Source: Pecten maximus
Lineage: Eukaryota
Assembly: GCF_902652985.1 (NCBI RefSeq)
Contig: NC_047032.1
Coordinates: 28,086,001 to 28,150,000 of the forward strand
DNA: 64,000 nucleotides
Direction of reading: 5' to 3'
Notes under the pieces: model-generated
Told to the model about the DNA's origin: nothing
The model's input: the letters and a program-made list of their open reading frames with translations, nothing else
Databases searched by the model: none
Shown: positions 23,571 through 37,200 of the stretch, piece by piece
Layout of the letters: each line of letters begins with the position of its first letter
Numbering within the stretch: position 1 is the first letter of the stretch
Translations under genes and position numbers: made by a program

Positions 23571-24759
23571 CCTGACAGAGTGGAACAAGATTTGTTGTGG
23601 CTGGATTGATAATTATAAGGTTGGGTTTAATTTGATACCCGAGGAGAATCTTGTAAAACAAAAAACATAATCTGCTAATAGAGGTTTACAACATTTAATT
23701 TGAATAAATTATTTACAAACATACATGAATGGTTAAAACACAACAATGTCCCTTTATAAATGCTTTTAACATTTTTACCATAATTATGGTACTCACTCCA
23801 ACATCTTAATAATCATATAAATAACATAAAAAGATCCGTACCTCCACATAACTACCATACTGGAACACCTTTGTCATGTTTGTTATAGACACTTCTGGGG
23901 GTAATTATATCTAATGTGCTGCCTGATATCAGCTTTTACAGATATAAGCATTGATTGATTTGAGATAAATACCATTGTTACCATTGATAAGACAAAAGCA
24001 AATAAGTAGTATAGGTCTGGAGAAACTCCAAATTTGAAAATAAAAGCTTGATGATATGATGTTGTAAAGACTTAAAACAAATAGCTTGACATGATAACAT
24101 AGCCAGCCAATATTAAAACTCTAAGACAGGAACGATTCCAAAATACTTTTGTTGTAACATAATTGAAAGGTTGAACAGTATAAAGAGTATCTGATAAGAC
24201 AACCTTGAAATTCCAGCTGGCCATTGTAAATTGTAATGTTAGCTGAATCTTAATTTCAAAGATCTAGTCCAAGTAAAGTTTAAGCCATTGTCTCTTTATA
24301 AAGGGCTGAATCTAACTAATTTCAAAGATCTCAAGTATTTCATTTGCAGGACATTGTCCACTTCTCAATTCAATACTTGCACTGAATTATATACCTTATA
24401 CAGACAATGTATTATAATCAGTTATTATCTATGAAGACTATTTTCAGATAGAAAATACAGTATATATGAAGACAGAATAGATGATCTCTTTTAAAGAAAT
24501 CATGATTATTGTATATAATTTTACACCAAATAATTGGACAGAAATAGATTATTATCCCAAAATAATCCTTATTTTCTGAAGCATAATTCATATAAATTGA
24601 ACAGGTTCAACAATATTTATTCTATTTCGCTCGAACTGACCAAAAGTTTAGCGTATCAGTATTTTTTGATGTGGTGCTACTGAATATCAAGTCCTCTACC
24701 CTAAATTCAAATATTAGTTGAGTATTGTCACTTGCTTGCCAATTTGTCTCATGTAAATA

Positions 24760-24873
24760 AGGAATACTAAAATGTTTTCTTTAGAAACTAGTACCCAACC
24801 ATTCTTTTTCTAAGGAAAACTACTAAAACGTTTTCTTTAGAAACCAGTACCCCAACCATTCTTTTTCTAAGAA
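24760..24873. repeat. Short tandem duplication (~55 bp x2) downstream of the DLAT stop
   Basis: tactaaaa(t/c)gttttctttagaaac(t/c)agtacccaaccattctttttctaag occurs twice. Confidence 0.8.
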
Positions 24874-25292
24874 ATGCTGTACATGTATACAGTATCTAAA
24901 AGAAAGGGCGTCGAAAGGGAACACTATTCCAAATTGGATCAAGATAAACCTAGAGATTCTGCAAAGAAGTAGATATCACAAACAAATGAGCCTTGTCCCA
25001 TGATATGTAAATCTTGAATCCTATCTGACATCAGATTCGAAGACGTACCCAGTACTTCTTGTTGCGTTATCAACATAAACATGTTTGTAGTACCAAACAG
25101 CACTCATCTAGGATCATATTTGTTCACTCTCAGCTGTAGACTTCCACGCACTGTTACAGAGTAGAACAACTAGAAATACAAATGCACTATATGGCATTGC
25201 TATTATTTCTGTTCAATATTCGTGTCCCAATCATTGCACGTCATTCCTCAGCACTTTTTCCTGTTTTATTAATTAATAGCCTATATTATTCT

Positions 25293-28200
25293 TTATAGGA
25301 GCATGGTCTCGGGTCGCTCCATGAACTTTTTGAATTCTGCAAGCCACTGGGCACCAACAGCTCCATCTACGACCCGATGGTCACAGCTAAGAGTAACAGA
25401 CATCATGCTGGCCTGACCATACCTGTGAAAAGTATAAGAGTAAATAATGTTTATAAAGGTATCATAAGCCTATTTGTTGATACTTGGTAAACTGTATAAT
25501 CTTATGTAAACCTACATATTTTTGCGGTTATGTTATTTTCATTATGAAGACATTGTGCAAAAACATGATTGTGCTTAAAACTCAGTTTCTACGTACTACT
25601 TCTTTAGCAAATTCTGTGAGATTGCTTAAAATCATTAGTGCTTGAATGGCTTACTGATTAACCCAGTGATTTTTCTCACTGGTTTGGGATGGGGCCTTTA
25701 TGTCTAGTTTTAGGAATTTGGCTTAAATATGAAATAATTTCAATTGGAAATGGGGCCCATTTATGACCCAAAAAACCAAAGCCCTCAGAAAAAGCCTGGT
25801 AACCAAATACAAAATATCAGTATATATTGCTTCTTTATAAACCTAAACTTAGCTTAGTTCCAGATATGACATTTATGACCTTTTATTGACCCTGATGACC
25901 TTTACATTGATTCTTTAAGTATGATCTACTAACCCTTGATTGCTGTCTTCGTCTACGACCAATCGCTTTTCTGCCCCACCTACTGCCAGGATACATGCCT
26001 GTCAAGGAAAAGGAAACGGTCACATATCTTCCTGATACTGGTACACTTGACATACCCATACACAATTATGTCCAACAAAACATAGCATAACAAGAAATTT
26101 TATTTTTACATAAAACTATAAACATGTACAAATATATCTTCTATGCTTTTTCTTCATTCAATACTACAAGAAAATCTGACGGCATTATCAGTCTGTATAA
26201 TTAATTCTTAACTTACTTTTCGAATTAGTATAACACCCATGCCACTGAAATACCTTATTTTTTCTGCGTACAAAAAATCCCAGACTGATGGGGAAAAAAT
26301 GACCTTTTTCATGTGTATATAATGTCAAAAGTGTCATTGTTTTCATTTGGTTCCTTTGAGTTCAAAGCCCAGTCAGTGTATGAGTCAGCAATTATCTTCC
26401 TTCCTTATCTGTGTTTCTTTATGTGAGTAAGTCTACTTACCTGTGGAGGGTTAATGACAGCAGAAAAGGACTTTATCCCATACATGCCAAGGTTGGAGAT
26501 GGTGAAAGTTCCTCCCTGAAACAAAGTTACAAGTATGGCCTCTGTGAATCTCTTATTGTAGTACATTCTTTCTCCTCTGGGATGTCCCTAAATCATATCA
26601 TAACAGTTAATTTTCTGCTACTGAATTCTTTAATCACACTCTGTTTCCAAATGATTTAATGTATATAACAAAAAAAAATTATGTTACCACCATATAGGAT
26701 ATAACATGATGGTAAAAGAACAAAATATTTCCCTACCTGAAACTTCTGTGGTTGAAGTTTGTCCTATGGTAACTACCTACCTGGAACTCCTGTGGTTGAA
26801 GCTTGTCCTATGGTAACTACCTACCTGGAACTCCTGTGGTTGAAGCTTGTCCTATGGTAACTACCTACCTGGAACTCCTGTGGTTGAAGCTTATCCTATG
26901 GTAACTACCTACCTGGAACTCCTGGGGTTGAAGCTTGTCCTATGGTAACTACCTACCTGGAACTCCTGTGGTTGAAGCTTGTCCTATGGTAACTACCTAC
27001 CTGGAACTCCTGTGGTTGAAGCTTGCTCTATGGTAACTACCTACCTGGAACTCCTGTGGTTGAAGCTTGTCCTATGGTAACTACCTACCTGGAACTCCTG
27101 TGGTTGAAGTTTGTTCTATGGTAACTACCTACCTGGAACTCCTGTGGTTGAAGTTTGTCCTATGGTAGCTACCTACCTGGAACTCCTGTGGTTGAAGCTT
27201 GTCCTATGGTAACTACCTACCTGGAACTCCTGTGGTTGAAGCTTGTTCTATGGTAACTACCTACCTGGAACTCTTGTGGTTGAAGCGTGTTCTATGGTAA
27301 CTACCTACCTGGAACTCCTGTGGTTGAAGCTTGTCCTATGGTAACTACCTACCTGGAACTCCTGTGGTTGAAGCTTGTTCTATGGTAACTACCTACCTGG
27401 AACTCCTGTGGTTGAAGCTTGTCCTATGGTAACTACCTACCTGGAACTCCTTTGGTTGAAGCTTGTTCTATGATAACTACCTACCTGGAACTCCTGTGGT
27501 TGAAGCTTGTTCTATGATAACTACCTACCTGGAACTCCTGTGGTTGAAGCTTGCCCTCTCTGGCCTTTGCTGCTAGCCTACTGACATCCTGAGTGATGTC
27601 AGATAAACCCTGGAAAATAGTATCAAAACATACATGTACATTTGTATATCATCACCACATCTATGTGTGTGTTCCTAGCTTGAATGGAACAATCTACAGT
27701 CAACCATTATTTTTTTTAATTCCAAAAGACTGAGAAAAATATGTATCCAGAAAAAAAGGATGCAGTTAATATCCAATAGATTATGTACATGTAGCCAATG
27801 TCCAGTGTGGACAGCTTCAGTTTTGGAAATACTAGCGCCAAATATAGAGAGAATCCATGTACTAATAATCCAATGCTAGCCCCCAGACCCAAGTAATTAG
27901 CAACTTTTAGCCACCTGGTTTTGTTTCACCTAGTCTTACATATATATTCTCTTTATAGTGCTTTTTCAGGAGTCTTCATGCAAATCTATATTTTTGTTTA
28001 TATTTCGCCATCAATAGTTTAACAATTTTTGAGTTTGAATTATCCTTTTGTTATTATGTCGGGTTTTTTTAGTTACTTTTTACCCAAAAGCTGCAGATTT
28101 AGTTTATATCAATATCCTTTTATAACTGGATCTACCAAACTAGTGTTGTGAGAACTTTACCTTGATGTCTGCTTTGAAGACAATAGGAGTGATGAGACCA

Positions 28201-31200
28201 TTGGGTGTGGCCACCGCCACATTAACATCTACTGCATTGTACCTATAGAGAACAACAACAGAAGTTAACACACACACATTAACATCTACTGCATTGTACC
28301 TATAGAGAACAACAACAGAAGTTAACACACACGGCAAACAGTTGTAGAGCAAATTACACTGAGGATGTAAATATCTTTAAACATGGAGAATAGAACATTT
28401 TATTGACTGTTTGTATGATAGTGATAAATATCTGTATATGTAATACAATAATATTTTGTTTGAATGTAGGATATGAGCAATCAATGATATACATACATGT
28501 ACCATCTGCAATGAAGTTGGGGGGGTGGGGGGGGGGAGAGAGAGAGAATATGACTTTTTGTACCACTATACTCCTCCAAGAATTTAATGGATTTTAACAA
28601 TAATTTGCAAAAATTCATTTATTAGTTCCTTAAATTTTTCCCAGTTGACCCTTGACATGTTATGGCTCTTGATTTCACCAAGTGAAACAATCAGTCGATG
28701 CTGTAATGGCTAATCATCTTGAAATAGTATTTTGTATAGATATTATTTATCATGTACACTGAAATATTGTAAGCATGGATGTTCAAAAGTAGGTCACACT
28801 TCTGACAAACTTTGTATAGGTCAAGGGGTCAAAGTTCAAATGGCACAGAAGCATTTCAGTACTAGCCACTAGTGAAACAGACCTTGTTCAAACTTGGTAT
28901 CTTGTCTGGACAATTCCTACAAACATGTTTAACCAATCGAAGGAAACAACACAGAAATACTAAGGTCCATGTTTAGATTTTTTATTTTATTTTTTCATAA
29001 ATATTGGTTGCCACGGGTAATCAGGACACTATACATAGTATAGGTAATGGAAACATGCAATATCTTATCAGTTCTTAGATCAATTTTATTCAAACTTGGT
29101 CCATTACTATGGAAACAATGGAGGCTTCTGATTGGTCAAAATTGACATACTGAGGGATAGCAAATAAAATGGTGCTATTTTCCAAAAGAATAGATGTCAT
29201 TTGTTGCCATAGTTGTCAATAAAAGTTCTAATATGTTTGACTGTTGCCTAGGAGAGATCAGTGCTATTTTCAATATGACTGTAGGATATGAGAGGTCAGT
29301 GATATTTTGTATATGACTGTAGGATATGAGAGGTCAGTGATATTTTGTATATGACTGTAGGATATGAGAGGTCAGTGATATTTTGTATTTGACTGTAGGA
29401 TATGAGAGGTCAGTGATATTTTGTATTTGACTGTAGGATATGAGGGGTCAGTGATATTTTGTATTTGACTGTAGGATATGAGAGGTCAGTGATATTTTGT
29501 ATTTGACTGTAGGATATGAGGGATCAGTGATATTTTGTATATGACTGTAGGATATGAGGGATCAGTGATATTTTGTATATGACTGTAGGATATGAGAGGT
29601 CAGTGATATTTTGTATATGACTGTAGGATATGAGAGCTCAGTGATATTTTGTATATGACTGTAGGATATGAGAGGTCAGTGATATTTTGTATTTGACTGT
29701 AGGATATGAGAGGTCAGTGATATTTTGTACAGAGCAACCCGCTTATTTGCATAGCCCTTTTTCCATGACAAAATATGCAAATAACCGGAGTATTCGTATA
29801 GGCGGAGTTGGGTTTTGGCCCCTCTTATACACTATGTAGATCGTCAGGTAGGTACTCAAAACGGGCGCTATATGATTGTTTACGTTATTTGCATTAAAAA
29901 CATATTTTAAAAAAACATTATTTAAAATATAAGAGTAAATACGAAATAAATGGGTTGTTATTCTTTGTAAATGTACAAATATTTGCATATACATTTGTAC
30001 TTCATCGTTTACTACTTGTCACTCCGAGTCTCTGGGTCCGATATCGGTCATACACACGTGGGTTGGCACAACGATGTACAATGTGATTGTTTCAATAAAC
30101 ATTCATTATCGTCTTGAGATGTGTTTTGTTCCTGCTATGAGTATATTAGTTGTTTGATCATAGATGATGAACTGCTTAAGCAATAGACTGTCTTAAATGA
30201 CCGTGAGATGTGCATTGTCGTTTGGGTTTGTTTTGGAAAATGGCGCACACACACAAAGAGTTGTCGTTCCTTACACATATGCCGCCACAATGCAACGCGC
30301 CTAGTAAACAATCATGGCGATCGCAACCTGCCTCAGCGAGTGTTCAAGTGCACAGAACACAGGTTTGGATCGATGCTATAATAAATAAACAAATCTCATC
30401 AAAAGATGAGACATATCAATATTTTATTCAGTAATTCTTCTTCGCAATGCTACTGATATGGTCTGGATAATAACTAAATGTCGATATCGATGCATCGAAC
30501 ATAACCTGTTTTGACGAAGTGGGAACCAATGATTAACGTTGTACATCGTGTCGAATCAATATGTAAGTTAAAAACACTTTTCATAAAACTTTTATTACGG
30601 GAAAATCACAAAAATACCCTAAAATCAATTAAAATTTTTCGATTTTTTTGGAATTTTTATATGCATATAAGCGGGAGTCGGTGTTTTAGTCGATGCAAAT
30701 ACACGGGATTAAAATACAAAGATAAAGAAGAAAAAAATCGGGACCTGAGAATTTTATGCAAATAAGCGGGATATTCAAATAACCGATATGCAAATAAGTG
30801 GGCTCCTCTGTATATGACTGTAGGATATGAGGGATCAGTGATATTTTGTATATGACTGTAGGATATGAGAGGTCAGTGATATTTTGTATATGACTGTAGG
30901 ATATGAGAGGTCAGTGATATTTTGTATATGACTGTAGGATATGAGGGATCAGTGATATTTTGTATATGACTGTAGGATATGAGGGATCAGTGATATTTTG
31001 TATATGACTAGGATATGAGAGGTCAGTGATATTTTGTATATGACTGTAGGATATGAGGGATCAGTGATATTTTGTATGTGACTGTAGGATATGAGAGGTC
31101 AGTGATATTTTGTATTTGACCGTAGGATATGAGGGATCAGTGATATTTTGTATATGACTGTAGGATATGAGAGGTCAGTGATATTTTGTATATGACTGTA

Positions 31201-34200
31201 GGATATGAGAGGTCAGTGATATTTTGTATATGACTGTAGCATATGAGGGATCAGTGATATTTTGTATATGACTGTAGGATATGAGGGATCAGTGATATTT
31301 TGTATATGACTGTAGGATATGAGGGATCAGTGATATTTTGTATATGACTGTAGGATATGAGGGATCAGTGATATTTTGTATATGACTGTAGGATATGAGA
31401 GGTCAGTGATATTTTGTATTTGACTGTAGGATATGAGGGATCAGTGATATTTTGTATATGACTGTAGGATATGAGAGGTCAGTGATATTTTGTATATGAC
31501 TGTAGGATATGAGAGGTCAGTGATATTTTGTATTTGACTGTAGGATATGAGGGATCAGTGATATTTTGTATATGACTGTAGGATATGAGATATCAGTGAT
31601 ATTTTGTATATGACTGTAGGATATGAGGGATCAGTGATATTTTGTATATGACTGTAGGATATGAGGGATCAGTGATATTTTGTATTTGACTGTAGGATAT
31701 GAGAGGTCAGTGATATTTTGTATATGACTGTAGGATATGAGAGTTCAGTGATATTTTGTATATGACTGTAGGATATGAGAGGTCAGTGATATTTTGTATA
31801 TGACTGTAGGATATGAGGGATCAGTGATATTTTGTATATGACTAGGATATGAGGGATCAGTGATATTTTGTATATGACTGTAGGATATGAGAGGTCAGTG
31901 ATATTTTGTATATGACTAGGATATGAGAGGTCAGTGATATTTTGTATATGACTGTAGGATATGAGGGATCAGTGATATTTTGTATATGACTGTAGGATAC
32001 GAGAGGTCAGTGATATTTTGTATTTGACTAGGATATGAGGGATCAGTGATATTTTGTATATGACTGTAGGATATGAGAGGTCAGTGATATTTTGTATTTG
32101 ACTGTAGGATATGAGGGATCAGTGATATTTTGTATATGACTGTAGGATATGAGGGATCAGTGATATTTTGTATATGACTGTAGGATATGAGAGGTCAGTG
32201 ATATTTTGTATTTGACTGTAGGATATGAGATATCAGTGATATTTTGTATATGACTGTAGGATATGAGAGGTCAGTGATATTTTGTATTTGACTGTAGGAT
32301 ATGAGGGATCAGTGATATTTTGTATGTGACTGTAGGATATGAGAGGTCAGTGATATTTTGTATTTGACCGTAGGATATGAGGGATCAGTGATATTTTGTA
32401 TATGACTGTAGGATATGAGAGGTCAGTGATATTTTGTATATGACTGTAGGATATGAGAGGTCAGTGATATTTTGTATATGACTGTAGCATATGAGGGATC
32501 AGTGATATTTTGTATATGACTGTAGGATATGAGGGATCAGTGATATTTTGTATATGACTGTAGGATATGAGGGATCAGTGATATTTTGTATATGACTGTA
32601 GGATATGAGGGATCAGTGATATTTTGTATATGACTGTAGGATATGAGAGGTCAGTGATATTTTGTATTTGACTGTAGGATATGAGGGATCAGTGATATTT
32701 TGTATATGACTGTAGGATATGAGAGGTCAGTGATATTTTGTATATGACTGTAGGATATGAGAGGTCAGTGATATTTTGTATTTGACTGTAGGATATGAGG
32801 GATCAGTGATATTTTGTATATGACTGTAGGATATGAGGGATCAGTGATATTTTGTATATGACTGTAGGATATGAGGGATCAGTGATATTTTGTATATGAC
32901 TGTAGGATATGAGGGATCAGTGATATTTTGTATTTGACTGTAGGATATGAGAGGTCAGTGATATTTTGTATATGACTGTAGGATATGAGAGGTCAGTGAT
33001 ATTTTGTATATGACTGTAGGATATGAGAGGTCAGTGATATTTTGTATATGACTGTAGGATATGAGGGATCAGTGATATTTTGTATATGACTAGGATATGA
33101 GGGATCAGTGATATTTTGTATATGACTGTAGGATATGAGAGGTCAGTGATATTTTGTATATGACTAGGATATGAGAGGTCAGTGATATTTTGTATATGAC
33201 TGTAGGATATGAGGGATCAGTGATATTTTGTATATGACTGTAGGATACGAGAGGTCAGTGATATTTTGTATTTGACTAGGATATGAGGGATCAGTGATAT
33301 TTTGTATATGACTGTAGGATATGAGAGGTCAGTGATATTTTGTATTTGACTGTAGGATATGAGGGATCAGTGATATTTTGTATATGACTGTAGGATATGA
33401 GGGATCAGTGATATTTTGTATATGACTGTAGGATATGAGAGGTCAGTGATATTTTGTATTTGACTGTAGGATATGAGATATCAGTGATATTTTGTATATG
33501 ACTGTAGGATATGAGAGGTCAGTGATATTTTGTATTTGACTGTAGGATATGAGGGATCAGTGATATTTTGTATATGACTGTAGGATATGAGATATCAGTG
33601 ATATTTTGTATATGACTGTAGGATATGAGAGGTCAGTGATATTTTGTATTTGACTGTAGGATATGAGATATCAGTGATATTTTGTATATGACTGTAGGAT
33701 ATGAGAGGTCAGTGATATTTTGTATTTGACTGTAGGATATGAGGGATCAGTGATATTTTGTATATGACTGTAGGATATGAGAGGTCAGTGATATTTTGTA
33801 TATGACTGTAGGATATGAGGGATCAGTGATATTTTGTATATGACTAGGATATGAGGGATCAGTGATATTTTGTATATGACTGTAGGATATGAGAGGTCAG
33901 TGATATTTTGTATATGACTGTAGGATATGAGAGGTCAGTGATATTTTGTATATGACTGTAGGATATGAGGGATCAGTGATATTTTGTATATGACTGTAGG
34001 ATACGAGAGGTCAGTGATATTTTGTATTTGACTAGGATATGAGGGATCAGTGATATTTTGTATATGACTGTAGGATATGAGAGGTCAGTGATATTTTGTA
34101 TTTGACTGTAGGATATGAGGGATCAGTGATATTTTGTATATGACTGTAGGATATGAGGGATCAGTGATATTTTGTATATGACTGTAGGATATGAGAGGTC

Positions 34201-37200
34201 AGTGATATTTTGTATTTGACTGTAGGATATGAGGGATCAGTGATATTTTGTATATGACTGTAGGATATGAGAGGTCAGTGATATTTTGTATTTGACTGTA
34301 GGATATGAGGGATCAGTGATATTTTGTATATGACTGTAGGATATGAGATATCAGTGATATTTTGTATATGACTGTAGGATATGAGAGGTCAGTGATATTT
34401 TGTATTTGACTGTAGGATATGAGATATCAGTGATATTTTGTATATGACTGTAGGATATGAGAGGTCAGTGATATTTTGTATTTGACTGTAGGATATGAGG
34501 GATCAGTGATATTTTGTATATGACTGTAGGATATGAGGGATCAGTGATATTTTGTATATGACTGTAGGATATGAGAGGTCAGTGATATTTTGTATATGAC
34601 TGTAGGATATGAGAGGTCAGTGATATTTTGTATTTGACTGTAGGATATGAGAGGTCAGTGATATTTTGTATATGACTGTAGGATATGAGAGGTCAGTGAT
34701 ATTTTGTATTTGACTAGGATATGAGAGGTCAGTGATATTTTGTATATGACTGTAGGATATGAGGGATCAGTGATATTTTGTATATGACTGTAGGATATGA
34801 GAGGTCAGTGATAATTTGTATTTGACTGTAGGATACGAGGGATCATTGATATTTTGTATATGACTGTAGGATATGAGATATCAGTGATATTTTGTATATG
34901 ACTGTAGGATATGAGGGATCAGTGATATTTTGTATATGACTGTAGGATATGAGGGATCAGTGATATTTTGTATATGACTGTAGGATATGAGAGGTCAGTG
35001 ATATTTTGTATATGACTGTAGGATATGAGGGATCAGTGATATTTTGTATATGACTGTAGGATATGAGAGGTCAGTGATATTTTGTATATGACTGTAGGAT
35101 ATGAGAGGTCAGTGATATTTTGTATATGACTGTAGGATATGAGAGGTCAGTGATATTTTGTATATGACTGTAGGATATGAGGGATCAGTGATATTTTGTA
35201 TATGACTGTAGGATATGAGAGGTCAGTGATATTTTGTATATGACTGTAGGATATGAGAGGTCAGTGATATTTTGTATATGACTGTAGGATATGAGGGATC
35301 AGTGATATTTTGTATATGACTGTAGGATATGAGAGGTCAGTGATATTTTGTATATGACTGTAGGATATGAGAGGTCAGTGATATTTTGTATATGACTGTA
35401 GGATATGAGGGATCAGCGATATTTTGTATATGACTGTAGGATATGAGGGATCAGTGGTATTTTGTATGAAGACTTACTGTCGAATATAATTATCCATCCA
35501 TGAGGAGTTAGCTTCAGGAACCTTGCGACATGAGAGGGCAGATGCTTTGATGATGAAATCATTTACAGACAATTTTATGTCGTCTTTCGCCAGAACTTCA
35601 TTCAAATCTCGCCTTAATCTAAAATACATAAACATTTGTCATTACAAACTAATTTGAAATATCACACTTGTAAAAGTGTTGTATTCTCATAAAAGATATT
35701 TGTTTTTACAGAAGACACTATAACTAGTAGTATCCTTTATTTTATCAAACAGACACAATACAGTCCAGCTCTGTTAATCTGGCCACTTCAGTTCCCAGCC
35801 AAAAGTGGCTAGATGAAGACCTGTATCAATTTTATTCGACACATAGGCAGGTTACTTGATTGGTTACTCTGTTAAAAACTCCAGCATGACACTGCCAATT
35901 TTCTAATAGAAAAAGTCATTGCGTAATTCCAAATTCTTTCTTTTCAAAAGTCCTGATATCTGGACAGGAGATTTACCATCTTTAGTTTCTACAACTCACC
36001 TTAACACATTGTCAACATTCAGATCAACTGTAAGATAATAGTGTGGTATTGTCTGTTTGGATTGGAGTAACCGCTTGGCTATTGTCTGGAAAGAGGTACA
36101 AACATGGACTTTTACATTCAATTCAGTTGCTGCTTGTTTTGAAATAAATACATTTTTCAGATAATATTACATTATGGAAATCTAAGTTCAACTCAAGGTA
36201 AAGTCCTATAGCTAACTACTGGCAAAACAAATATGTTGTGAACATTTTTTCCCCTCCAATTACTGAGAGGCTAAAGGTCGCTACTTAGTTTACTGCACAG
36301 AATTAAGTAAACAAATAAAATAACAATATCTGAGATATGCCTTGGACTATTTTTTTCAAAAACTAGGGATCAAAGTTAACATATCAGTTACCGTGACCTA
36401 CTTCTAGTATTCTAGTACTACACTCTACCATCTAAAGATTTACATGCATACAAAATGTGCTCCATTTTCTCCTAGAAATACTGAATAGCGAGAATTGTTA
36501 ACAGTCATGAAATTTGGCGATATGGTCCTGAAAACTGAAAGTTAAATGATACTGGGTTGAAATTTGGTGATTTCCCTTTAATCCAGGGTGTTAATTTGGT
36601 ATTGAGCATATATATTACCTACTGGTATAATCATATTATGTCCATACATCCTATCCATGTTGATTAAGGTTGTTGTGTATTGTAAAGTAGTTACTCTCAG
36701 GAGTTATTGGAGCAACAGGAGTTATCCAAGGTAAATGATGGTCGGAATTGGTGACGTTTTGACGGGTAAAATTTTGGTGATCTATACATGTTCCCACCAA
36801 ACCGCCAAATTAAAGCCCTGCTAAAATTTCCCACTAATTTATCACAACTTAACACGTACCTGTCTCATGGCGGAGAGAGGGATATCAATGTAAACAGCTC
36901 CGGGAACAGCAGTTGGAGCTGTAGGGGCCACAACGGCTCCACCAGGGACAAAGTTCCTCACATCATTTGCTTTCACCTCACCATCAGCCCCAGATCCCTG
37001 TACTTGCTGTGTAATAAGTGAAGGATATGTCAGATTTTAGATAGTTAAACAGAGTTGGTATTTGAATAGTCCCTAAACACTTTTGATGAAAATAATTCAT
37101 TAGGTGAAAAAATGCCATTCTAAAGTTGTGATTTATATTTTACATGGATCGAAAAAAAACAATGAATGCAAGTCAATATCCACTTGACAAAAGATTTTGG

